A stretch of 64,000 nucleotides of DNA from Paramecium tetraurelia (Eukaryota), in NCBI GenBank assembly GCA_000165425.1, contig CT868418.1:186001-250000 (forward strand), in the 5' to 3' direction. The notes under the pieces were generated by a model, which was not told the DNA's origin, ran no database searches, and saw nothing but the letters and a program-made list of their open reading frames with translations. A program made the position numbers and the translations under genes. Below, piece after piece: positions 52,606 to 64,000 of the stretch (position 1 is its first letter; each line of letters begins with the position of its first letter).

Positions 52606-53111
52606 TCATAGCATTCCTGCAACCTAGAAATTTATGAGTTCAATTTGTTGTTTTAATTTCGAAATGTCTTCTTAAAAGAACCTTATATTTATTGAGATGA
52701 TTTGATACTTAGTTTATTAGGAAAAATATTATTCAATTGATTTAATATTAAATTCTTGAGTGGATTTGATTTATTGTAAATTAGATTTGAAAATCAATGA
52801 ATTTTGAATGACTTATTATTTGATTTCCTGCTATTCCTTTTTTAATAAGGATAATTTTAGTTTAAGCTAGTAGAAAATGATAATAATCGTTTTACTTATT
52901 TAAGAGTAGTCTTGAATTTGATTTCTCTGGGAGTTGGTTTGTTGAGATTCTTTTGCTTAGGAGGAGCCAAGGATTGGCCATGTACAAAAAAAGAAACGGG
53001 AGTTTAAAGTGAAGGCTGACAATATTGATGTCTTCTTAGAATCGCGGCTGATTCATTTCTAATAATAAACATTTGTCTATGGGAGTAGTTTTTATTTGTT
53101 TGAGTTTTCAT
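52606..53111 (-). CDS. Hypothetical protein with coiled-coil-like C-terminus
   Basis: ATG 53111, 29-nt GT..AG intron at ~52867-52895 that restores a heptad-like K/Q/E-rich frame, and TGA 52606-52608. Confidence 0.6.
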
Positions 53112-53126
53112 TAATAATTAAATAAT

Positions 53127-54627
53127 ATGCATGTCTCATTAAAAGACATAATGCCACCTCAGCATTCTTAACATAATCCACTGTCAAAGATTAAGTTCAA
53201 GATTAGCAAGAAGGTGGAATCTCTTTGTCAATGCAATCAAAAAAGTTGTTTAATCTGTGCTCGAAAAAGATCATCCTCAATGTTGAGTATCAAAAATTCG
53301 CTGGTGGTTGATGAAAGTTCGCCTGTTTCTAAAAGAACAATTGATCAGAAAGCTATTTTAGTGTAATAAGCTGTCGTCTCTAAATAAATATCAAGACAAC
53401 AATCAAATCATGTCATTCATCACAGTTATTATAGTGGCAAATAAATCAATAATACTACTTCAACCACAATGGTTAATAATTCTCGGACCAGAAAGACCTC
53501 TCTTGAATCCTCCCCTCCAAAGGAAAATGGTAAACCTATTTGAATATATCCTAGTAATCGGAAGACATTCTTTCAAATTTCTATATGTAATTGGCAAAGG
53601 TGGTTTTGGAAAGGTTTGGAGAGTCGAAATGAGATCCAACCGATAAGAATATGCTCTAAAGGAAATGCTAAAATCTAAGTATCCTATTTATTTCAATCCT
53701 TAATAGAATCATCTCCAAAAGGTCTGTTAATTCTGTGATGAATGAAAAGTATTTACTCGAACATCTCAAACATCCTTTTCTAGTCAACATGCATTATGCA
53801 TATTAGGACAGAGAAAACTTATACTTGGTATTGGATCTATTAAGAGGAGGAGACCTAAGATATCATATTGGTAGAAACACCAGATTCTCTGAAGAATAAA
53901 CAAGTAATCCATTAATTTATATCCAAAGAGTTTTTTGTCTGTTGTATTTTATTGGCTCTCTAGTATTTACATTAAAATGGTATCATCCACAGAGATGTAA
54001 AGCCTGAAAATCTTGTCTTCGATAAAGATGGATTCTTAAGATTAACTGATTTGGGAGTTGCTAGATTAAATAAAGATTCAACTGCTAGTGATACTTCAGG
54101 AACTCCAGGATATATGGCACCTGAGGTTATGTGCAGACTCGACCATTCATTTCCTGTCGATTATTATGCACTTGGAGTCATTGCCTATGAATTACTCCTT
54201 GGCAAAAGACCATATAATGGCAAGAATAGATAAGAAATTAGAGATTAAATCTTAGCCAAATAAGTCTAAATTAAGGATGAAAGATTCTCTCTTAAAGCAT
54301 AAGACTTTATAAACAGAGTATTCGTTACTTTATCATTCTGTAGTTACTCATTAGAAAGCCTTAATAAAGATTAGGCAACAATGGAATTGAAGAGATCTTT
54401 GAACACTAATGGCTGAAAGGCTATCCTTGGGGCAAGTTGATCAACAGAGAAATCAAATCATAATATGTCCCTGGAGTATAACTTTTATCCTATATTAATA
54501 GAGTATAGATGGAAATTTCGATTTTCAAAGCTAGATCTCCGCTGATAGTGAACCATAGGAAGATGCAGCCTCTCTTATTAGAAGAAAAAGTGTTTAATGC
54601 TTATTTGAGGGATACAAATTTCAATGA
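53127..54627 (+). CDS. AGC-group Ser/Thr kinase (DLG variant)
   Basis: Motifs GKGGFGKV, YALKEM, HPFLVNMHYAYQD, GGDLRYH, HRDVKPEN, TDLG, SGTPGYMAPE, C-terminal NFD and FEGY. Five tiny introns. Confidence 0.93.
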
Positions 54628-55773
54628 AATTTATCTTTTATATTGCAATCAATTCTAATTCCCCTCTCTTTTAAATAGATCAAACATTGTTTAAGTCTAA
54701 TTAATAATAAGTAAAGTCTGAGACTGAGAAACTTTTATTATTTATTTCATCTCATCTTTTCTTATAAATAGGATGATGATATAGAAGCAAATTATAAAAT
54801 AGAAAACTGAAATTAACTAGATTTATTATATTTATGGTTTACAAAAATATTAATCTTAAATTAGATTTTGCATTTTTCTTATGTTTTAAACAAAATGTAA
54901 AATGGAATATTATAAAATTTTCTCTTTTGATTTGAATTATTTTTTAACAATGTATATAAATCAAATTTAATTCAAATAAAACAAAAGTTAAACTATTATA
55001 AGCTAGTAAGAATGAAATAGCCTAATGTTTGTAAAAGAATAATATCTAGGATAATTTTTTATCAATCCATCACTATAATAAGAATTTCTCAATATTGATA
55101 TTATCTCATAAAATAGTAGTATTTTAAGACATGATATCAATTATGCTTTGGAGAAATTTTAAAACTAATTTAATAGTGATCTTTAATATATAAATAATAA
55201 TATTTTCTATTAATAATTATTTATTATTAACCATGATGGTTCAAACATATTAATGTTCTCTATTAGGATTAAGGAATTAAGGTAATTCTAATAGATTTTT
55301 TAATTTTTCTACAAAATCAACACTTATTTTGCTTATTATTGTTATAAAATATTATATGAATAATTCAGTAATTTTATTCTTTCATATTTCAATAATGGTT
55401 AGTCATTTGGATTATGAAGAGTTTTAGAATAATACGAATTTTAGTTGAATGTGAATCATTAAAAAAAGGAAATAATGAAAGTATTTTTCCATTAAATATT
55501 TTAGATTCTTTGAATTGATCTTAATAATGTAATGAATTGAATGGAATATAAAAATTAATGTATTAGTATTTAAAAGTTTCTTTTTCTGAGGAATTCAATT
55601 TATATTCCATAAAGTGAATACGGAAGAAAGATGCTCTTTACAAACAGTATTTTATGTATGTTTCTTGGTAAAGCTGTCATTTTTCTGGAATCTCCTAATT
55701 TTTTCTACGTCATTTGATATAAATTTAGGTTCGAGTGTCATCCCTCATTTTTCATAAATATTTTTATTTAAGA

Positions 55774-57334
55774 ATGGATACCTAAGAACCAATAAATCCT
55801 AATTATGATGTCGTTGTGTGCGGAACTGGTTTGATTGAGTGCATTCTAAGTGGATTACTAAGTATGGAAGGCAAGAGAGTGTTTCACATGGATCGTAACC
55901 CCTATTATGGAGGAGAGGGAGCATCACTAAATTTAACTAACCTTTGGAAATTGTTTAAGGCCGGATAACAGTTTCCATAACAATTAGGTATGTATCAATT
56001 ATCAATTTGAAAAGGTTAGAATAGAGATTGGAATATCGATTTGATTCCCAAGTTTGTGATGGCAAATGGATAGCTTGTGAAGATTTTGCTTAAGACCAAA
56101 GTGGCTCGTTATTTGGAATGGAAGGCTATTGATGGCACATATGTATTCCAAATGAAGGAGGCCGGTTTGTTTAGCAAGGGAGGTGGCAAGATCGAGAAAG
56201 TAAATATCATAATAAGAAGATTAGGTTCCAGCAACAGCCTCAGAAGCCCTGAAATCTGACTTGATGGGTATGTTTGAAAAGAGAAGATGCTAGAAATTCT
56301 TGGCCTACGTGTCCAATTATGAAGCAAACAACCCCAAGACTCATGATGGTAAAATGTGTTTAATATCATAGGTTTGAATCTGAATCAAATGTCATGTGCT
56401 CAATTGCTTAAAAAATTCGAATTAGAGCCAAATACAATTGATTTCATTGGTCATGCTGTTGCTTTATACTCAAATGATCTATTCTTAGATAAGCCAGCAA
56501 TTTAAACAATTGAAAAGATCAAATTGTATATGGATAGTATTGGAAGATATGGTGATAGTCCATTCATCTATCCAATTTACGGATTGGGAGGTATTCCAGA
56601 AGGATTCTCTAGAATGGCTGCTGTAAATGGTGGTACATTTATGTTGAATGCTGATTTGGATGAAGTGCTCTTTGATGGAGAAGGAAAAGTATAAAAAAAT
56701 ATTTAAATTAGGTATGTGGATTAAAATCAGAGAAAGTCAAGGAATTGATGGGAATAGAATAAATTAATTGCAAGATGATTATTGCTGATCCATCATATGC
56801 ATTAAAAGCAAAATTATCAAATAAAGTTAAATCTATCGGAAAGATTGTCAGATGCATTTGCATTCTCAATCACCCAATTCCAAATACAAAGAATTTACCA
56901 TCAGTTCAAGTTATCATTCCATAAAGATAAACAGGCAGAAAGAATGGTAGATATATTATTTTAATTAGATTAGATATTTATGTTATGATGGTTAGTGATG
57001 TTCATAATGTTTGCAAGAAAGGATTCTTCATTGCCATTTTGAGTACCAATGTGGAAACCAATAATCCAGAAAAGGAATTAGAACCCGCATTTGAAATCGT
57101 CGGACCAGTCTTGGAGAAATTCGTCACTGTAATTTTAATAATTAATATTATAAGGTTTCTGATGTTTATGTTCCAACTGATGATGGATCCAAGGATAACA
57201 TCTACATTTCAAGTTCATTCGATCCATAATCCCATTTTGAAGGTGAAACTTCATAAGTGTTGAATGCTTACAGAAAAATAACATAAAAAGACTTAGATTT
57301 AACCAATTTACCAGTTGATTAGGATGATTAATGA
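55774..57334 (+). CDS. GDI: Rab GDP-dissociation inhibitor
   Basis: Motifs [76 protein letters not shown]. About 7 tiny introns. Confidence 0.97.
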
Positions 57335-57434
57335 TATATAGATAAAAAGTAAAGCAGATATATATATTTATTTATTGATGGGTATCTAAATAATAAGAAT
57401 ATCAGCAAAAACTTAGCTTATTTATATATAAACA

Positions 57435-58694
57435 TCAAATGCTACCATATTTACTTTCCTAATTATCAACTAATCTTCCGATTTTGAATTCAGATTCAAT
57501 ATCTTCATCTTTCTCAGTTGCCTTATAATTAAATTTCTATCTCTAAGTAAATATTCTTCTAATATCACTTAAACTATATGTGTGCACTTCAAAAGTGTAG
57601 AGCATAAATCCTACTACTCCAAAACAGATCAAATAAAATAAAACTGATAGAATTGAACTAACCATTTTAAGAATAATAATTACAATGAACTTTATGTAGA
57701 AACTACACATTGCTTTTAGAACACCATTGTAATATCTTAGAAATATTATAAAGGGATATTTAATTCGATAGTTGTATTTCCATTTTCAACACAATTATAC
57801 TCTACAATTAAAGTTGAAGGCTCATCTGTTACAACTCCACCTTTAAATAAGTCTCCTCTTATTATTGGTTTTGTGATTGTATGATCTGCATCAACATATG
57901 GGGGAGATATATGCACTTCTGGGATTAATTTCAGTATTGCTTCCAAAACTTGAAATTCTTCTTATGTTGTTTCAGTGTCTGATTTCGACTAATCAACTGC
58001 ATTAAAGAAATCTTTGGTTTCCTCTTTATTCAAAATTTTTTCTTCCTCGCTGCTCTTGGTTAGATTCATATAAACGTAAAAGATGGAGTAATTCATATTG
58101 GCTGGTACTGTGAAAACAAAATTATCAAAGTCCTTGTCCCAATAGGCTTTATTTACCAATTCTCCATCCTTAACAACTGTTTAATTATATGATTTAATAA
58201 GTGCATCCACATTTAATCCATGTCGTTTTATCAAAGGACTTCCGCATAATTTTTACCAATAAATCTTTGCAGACCCACATGATGGTATATTAAATAAGAC
58301 TTCATATTGAATTAGTCTGCCGCCATACTATTTACATCTGTAATCAATTTTCAATGAATAGACATTGTTTTAATGATGCTCCATTTTAAGTGTGCTGTTT
58401 GCAAAATAATGATCATCAAATTCCAATTGCACCATATCTTGTGTTAATTGGATCTTATTGTCCATAGAGACATACAAATAGTCCATTTAGACTGAGTTAT
58501 TCACCAATTGAAATGTGTCTATTCTATGATAGAATATTTATACCTGCTTCCAATACCCATTATTTGGCAGGTATACCAGCTTTAATTATATCATCTCTGC
58601 TTTTATCAATGTCAGTCGAAACGTGTAAATATTTGCAAGTCGATTCAAAACAATTGACCAAAGAGATCAGAAACACGTATATTAATAAATTCAT
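57435..58694 (-). CDS. Type I membrane protein with internally duplicated Cys-containing luminal domain and Tyr-based tail motifs
   Basis: Signal MNLLIYVFLISLVNC. Two similar halves (DDIIKAG..KQW / TVVKDG..KAYW, IDYRC / VEYNC, YWQKLC / FQKQC). TM LSVLFYLICFGVVGFMLY. Tail NYKATE...KYGSI-stop. Confidence 0.72.
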
Positions 58695-58713
58695 GATGTT
58701 TTATTATTTTAAA

Positions 58714-61700
58714 TCAAATTCTTCTCTAGGCAACTAATTTATTAATAGTAAAAGCATCATTTTCTTTAAGAATGGCTTCGACTTGCATGAAAGATTCATT
58801 TGACTCGCCTATTACATTATATATAATAATATTACTATCATCATATTGCAAACAGAAACAAACTCTTGATGGATTGATACCTAATTCTGGGACATGGCCA
58901 GAAGCTAATTAAGCCAAATACTCAGAAATAGCGCATAAAATATCTGCAGCATTTTCTTTAGTGACATCAATTGTTGCTTCACATCTAAAAATACATAGGC
59001 AAATATTTAATACTCTTTGACAACTGGAACTTATGGTTCAGAAGGAGGAGCTGGTCCTGGAGCTGGTTTAGGTGAAGGAGCAGGAGCAGCTTCAGGTTCT
59101 GGTTATGGTTCAGGCTCAGGTAATGGTTCTGGTTAAATTTCATCAGGAATAACTGGAGGACTAACAGGTGGTGGGACGAATTCTTATTCTTCCTCTCCCC
59201 AATATGGTTGTTCTTCCTCAGGGGATGCAAATGTTTGAGCAGGAGGAACAAACTCTTCCTCTTCTTCTGGCCAATATGGTTGTTCTTCTTCAGGGAAAAC
59301 ATTTTGGAACTGCATCTGGTGTAACAGGAACAAATTCTTATTCTTCTTCTCCCCAATATGGTTGTTCTTCTTCAGGAGATGCAAAAGTTTCAATTTATGG
59401 AGCTGCACGACTTTCAGGAATTACAGGTTGAGGATTATATCCAAAAGGGATATCATCTGGTGTCAGTACAACATCACGAGCAGCGTCACCAATACAACGA
59501 TTGACTCTCCAATTATAGAATTACCCATTGAAAGCAGGGTATAAACCATCATTACCAATATAAAGTCTCCTCCAAGGAACAAGATAATGGCGGGCATCAT
59601 AAAATTAATTTGCTCCAATCAATTGTTCTTCCATTAAATAAAGTGTAAAATGAGCCATTCTTTAAAGTCTGTTGTATCCAAAGTAAATATGATGCCATTA
59701 ACCCAATGTATTTGTATATTAAACATTATCCCATAAATTAGGATTACCAGATCCTGAATATGTGTAAGTAGAAAATTAAAATACACCTCCAACCAATCCA
59801 CTACCAAGAAAAACAGCCAAATCTCTGTCTCCTAATTTAATCTCGTCCAAATTAGCATCTGCATTTTCAGATAATCTGAAGACAGTGTGCCAAACATCTT
59901 GATCTTCTAAGGTTTCCCATTTCAACCAACCAGAAACAGCGTAACCAGCATCCCAAGTTGAAAACTCAAATATTTCATCAGATGTATCTTCAAATCCATA
60001 GAATTGATAATCTCCTAACTCATCAGTATATAATTCACAAAGTTCTACTTCAGGTGGACTATTGCATGAATCAACAAGTAAATTATATTATCTTTAACTG
60101 TTGAAGTGTAGATTTGATACTGAAGATGCAAAATGTCCATATACTTTTCCTTAGAACGATGGATGAGAATCTTATGGATCCACCAACCTTGAAGTCTAAA
60201 CTAGTGTAAGTTGGATGGGAAGCAGGAGTTGATCTCAATGCTGGTAATTCTTCAAAGAACTTGACTGCACATCCAGTAACTCCTTAACCATGACTGATGA
60301 ATACAAAGCTCCATTCACCTTCAAAGTCACTATTGGATACAGATGTAGATTATTGTGTAGATCCATCAACAGTAACACATTTAACACCTGTATTAGTTAC
60401 AAATACTCCCAAAACTGTATTACCATTATCTTATAAACTTGCTAAATGGAATTCTACACCCTCAGCTAAAGTTGGATATTTTTACAATCTTTTAGAAGTA
60501 TAAACCAAAACCATATTCGCCTGCAATTGTAAGTGTGCTACTAAATCCAGGGTCAACCTAAGTAGCTGTCAACTCTATAATATCTGTAGATTCAGATGAT
60601 TGGCAAATAATTGGATCTTATTCTTCTTGTTCTTCTTCAAAATACGATCTCTTCATGTTCTTCTGAGAATGGAAAACGCAAAGGAGAAATACGTGGATGT
60701 GGTGTTTCTTCAAAACCGAATGATTCTTCTTCTTCTTCTGGGAACACTAAAGGATCATGAGTAACAGGTGGAAGAGGTGTTTCTTCAAAACCGAATGATT
60801 CTTCCTCTTCTTCTGGAAATACTACAGCATCAGGAGTAACAGGTGGAAGGGGGGTTTCTTCAAAACCGAATGATTCTTCTTATTCTTCTGGGAACACTAA
60901 AGGATCTGGAGAAACAGGTGGAAGAGGAGTTTCTTCAAAACCGAATGATTCTTCTTCTTCCTCTGGGAATACTAGAGGTTCAGGTGAGACAGGTGGGTTT
61001 GAAGATTCTTCTTGATCTTCCTCTGGTTAATCAGGTGTAGTTGGTACTGCTTTTGGTTCTTCTGGTTCTTCTCCTGGAATAGTCCATTCTTCTGTTCCCT
61101 CTTCTGCCACTGTTGGTTAATCAGGTGATTCTTCGGTATTTGGATTAACAGGTGGTTCATCAGTTGGACCTTCCTCATCTTAAGGTACTACAGGTTCATC
61201 TGGGGTTGGTTTATCATCTGGAGTAGGTTCATCATCTGGAGTAGGTTCATCATCTGGAGTTGGTTTATCATCAGGAGTTGTTGGAGGAACACCTTCTTCA
61301 ACTGGCTCTTCAGTAAATTCTTCACTTGGAGCTTCTGAGGGGATTTCTGGAGCAGGCTCATCTGGACAAGTTGGTTGACATGCTTATTAGCATCCAGATT
61401 AAATAATCTTGAGATCCTCGATCTTACCTTTGACTTTAATGACTGTAACTGGTGATTATTGGCATTATTAATGAACATTATTCATTTATTTAATAAGATA
61501 AGCACATAATTTTGTTAATGTTTCTGTACACTCTTCTCTTTCATGTCTGTCTATAAGAATGAAATTTTAATTTACCATGAGATTGCAATCCTTATAATTT
61601 GCTTTATAATTCAGAAAGCACAGGAGGTGAAATGAGATCTAAATCTTTAATCTTTTCAACTAGTTGCTCATACTTTTTATGTTTAATTAGATGCTTCATT

Positions 61701-61927
61701 TAAGTTAGAGTCTCAATATGTGATGGGATGCGCTCCTTGTTCTCCAAAACTTACTACCATTGAGTTAAGTTTTCTTCCAAATCTTCGAAATGAGATCGTG
61801 GAGTTTAGCAATTCAATTGTGAAGTGTCTAAAGCGTCTACTTCTGCTAAGGTATGGGACATCAAAGATGCTTCGAAATTCAATGCTGTGGCATACATCAA
61901 CAGCACAAACAAGGCATATATTCTCAT
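58714..61927 (-). CDS. Secreted Glu/Pro-rich repeat protein with LamG/concanavalin-like domains, interrupted by four +1 frameshifts (assembly error or pseudogene)
   Basis: Signal MRIYALFVLLMYATA. PTPDDE, EEEEESFGFEETPLPPV and EEEQPYWG repeats. Beta-sandwich-like YAVSGWLKW...LGDRDLAVF...WHHIYFGY...LYIGNDG..PAFNG. Frame breaks at ~60638, ~60490, ~60178 and ~59303. Confidence 0.75.
59180..59385 (-). repeat. Three imperfect EEEQPYW(G/P)EEE repeats
   Basis: The + strand core tatggttgttcttc occurs at 59203, 59275 and 59357. Confidence 0.85.
60700..60975 (-). repeat. 75-nt (25-aa) tandem repeat, about 4 copies
   Basis: The + strand core ttcttcaaaaccgaa recurs at 60706, 60781, 60856 and 60931. Confidence 0.9.
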
Positions 61928-62619
61928 TTTTATTAAATATAATAGTTAGACCTTTAAAACGGATTTATTACATATATTAAATACTCAATTTATCATACTC
62001 AAATCTCAATAAATTACTAGAATAACCTAATCTGCAAATGATTGGTTGAATATTAATTCTAATTAAATAAGTATCAATCCAAATTTCCATAGAGTGTTAG
62101 GATATATGAGGAACCTTTGCGAAAGTAAAGAATTTCAAGGAAATTAGATACTTTTGTTCATTTATCAAAATAATATTGTTAGAGATGAACCAATTAAGTG
62201 CTATGTATTTAAACAAACCATTGATTTGAATTTAATTGCAATCCTCTAAATTTCAATGCAGATGGCTAGATTAATACTTAAATTAAAATTAGAATTTTTA
62301 GAATTATGTATTTAAATGCTCAAAAGTGATAATTTCAAATTAGCAACATGATAAATCAAATACAATCTAATTTTACAATAGCTTTGATAGAAATCAAGGC
62401 TATCATAATTCTATGAATTAGTAGAGAATTGGTTAGTAATGGTTTAAATTAAATTAATACATGTAATTTAGAATTCTTACAGTCGAGTAATAATTGGTCA
62501 TTGATGATATAGATATGCTATGACAATTGCTCCAAATAATGACTAAAAGACACTATATTAGTTTAGGTAATTAATTAAGAGATAATTGAATATTTTATTG
62601 ATTAAATAATTTTAAAATT

Positions 62620-63822
62620 ATGAGTCGTGCTTTATTTTTTAGTAAAAATTACTTAAGCAAAAAATTCAACGTTAGATAGCCAAATGAACTTTATAAGCAA
62701 CTACTTAATAATATTCATCTATTCAAGGCTGATGAATTACAAAAAATTCCATCCGATGAATTAATACATTATATCATATTTTTTGGAACACATCCTGAAC
62801 GTAGAAATTAAGGAGATAAAGCTAAGAAGATTACTTTAGAATGTCTTAAACAATATAAGAAAAAGATGACTAAAAATTCATATGAAATAAATTCATAAAT
62901 ACTTTTATCGCTGAGCAATGTTTTATTGTATGATGATTAGATGGTCCAAGAATTAGTTCAATAGGTGGATCAAGACAAGGAAACTCTTTCAATCAAAGAT
63001 ATGATTAAATTTTAGCATTGTCTCTACAAACTCAATATCCATAATGAAAAGCTAAGTAATTATGTTCTTGATCAATTTCTTAAACAGAAGGAATAAATAG
63101 ATTATTTAGAATACATTCACGACCTTCATATTAGATCAAATCTTCTCTAGATGGGCTTGATTGATGAAAAAATCGTTCTCACTTTGTTATAAGGATTTTA
63201 GGCAAAATTAAATTCAACTTAAAATTCTTATTATACGTCTAAATCTTGCTTTTAATATTGTTAGCTTATGTATAATTTATATCCAGAGATAATTGAGAAA
63301 CCATTTTTTGAATTACACCCCAAAGAAGATAACATATTTGCTGGATTATTTAAGGATTTGATGTAGGACTATGTGATAAGCAAATAACTTGTCGATCGTA
63401 AAAAGTTTTATTAATCTTTTGAATATTATATAAATTTCTAGAATATGAATGTATTGAAAGCCAAAGAAGATGCTATATTGAGAAGCTTAACCGAACTTGA
63501 ATAAAATGTGTAAGATTTACTTAATGCATTAAATTATAAAAACTCAAGAGCACACAGAGTTTTGATTTATGACATAGATTATTTAGTTAAAGATAACATC
63601 ATTTTAACATGTAATGACCCAGTTCATTTCGTGGAAGATTTCGATGGAAAGATCTTAACCATTAATCCAAATCATATCATGTAGAGCAGGTATTCATTTA
63701 TTAATAAGTAGAGGCATTTGAGTGCCACAAATAAATACAAGGTTTTCGACATAAATTATCACGAGTGGATACATTTGAACGAATAACAAAAGATTGACAA
63801 ATTAAAATCGTTAATAGATTGA
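62620..63822 (+). CDS. RAP-domain (FASTK-like) protein, probably an organellar RNA-binding protein
   Basis: Basic targeting-like N-terminus and helical body. C-terminal LEQNVQDLLNAL...YDIDYL..IILTCNDPVHF...RHL....KVFDINYHEW matches the RAP pattern. TGA 63820-63822. Confidence 0.75.
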
Positions 63823-63857
63823 TATATGAATATTGTAAATCAAATATAATTTCATTT

Positions 63858-64000
63858 TCACCTAAAATGTTTCAGAAGCATAGCTTAGGGGATAAATTTA
63901 GGAATTCTGTCAAGCTTATTCTATTTTCCAATCAAAATTTATATCCGAAACCACACTCTCCTCTTCAATCTAATTATAGAACAAAGGGATAATTATTAAT
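63858..64000 (-). CDS. Possible last exon of a gene extending beyond the window
   Basis: Acceptor-like ...ataattag followed by an open frame (LKRRVWFRIQILIGK...HFR-TGA). The frame is not certain. Confidence 0.3.

Noticed and set aside
54640..55760. About 1.1-kb intergenic region, possible remnant or retained germline IES
   Set aside because: No supportable ORF or inverted ends were seen. A MAC/MIC read comparison would be needed.
60700..60975. Regularly spaced direct repeats as a CRISPR-like array
   Set aside because: The 75-nt units are in-frame coding repeats with similar rather than unique spacers. The context is eukaryotic with no cas genes.
62100..62560. Short + strand open frame (MRNLCESK...)
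   Set aside because: Open frames of this length arise by chance when TGA is the only stop, and no motif supports it.
1..64000. Abundant in-frame TAA/TAG as evidence of mass pseudogenisation or novel recoding
   Set aside because: This is the well-known ciliate nuclear code (table 6). Conserved Gln positions such as EDKLQ and QQA use TAA/TAG.

Overview
AT-rich, gene-dense eukaryotic DNA from a ciliate macronuclear genome, most likely Paramecium. Evidence: TAA/TAG read as Gln with TGA the only stop, GT..AG introns of 22-32 nt, and intergenic gaps as short as 15-46 nt. The supplied standard-code ORF track therefore fragments every real gene. Re-translating by eye with the ciliate code gives about 21 genes: two tandem PH-like/CAMK-type kinases, a small acidic secreted protein, a P4-ATPase flippase, an atypical DFD kinase with a ~150-codon TAA/TAG-encoded polyQ tail, an apparently intronless ~15.7-kb ORF for a ~5,200-aa type I membrane protein with 11 (beta-rich + Cys-rich) modules, an IP3-receptor-like Ca2+ release channel, Rsm22/METTL17, an amino-acid transporter, an LRR+ankyrin protein, an EF-hand protein, a permuted papain-like secreted protein, a degenerate multi-domain phosphagen kinase, SHQ1, an MFSD1-like pseudogene, an AGC kinase, Rab-GDI, a type I membrane protein, a Glu/Pro-repeat secreted protein with four +1 frameshifts, and a RAP-domain protein. 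No rRNA, tRNA, CRISPR, telomeric repeat or recognisable transposon was seen. All translations and coordinates were derived manually and no searches were run.
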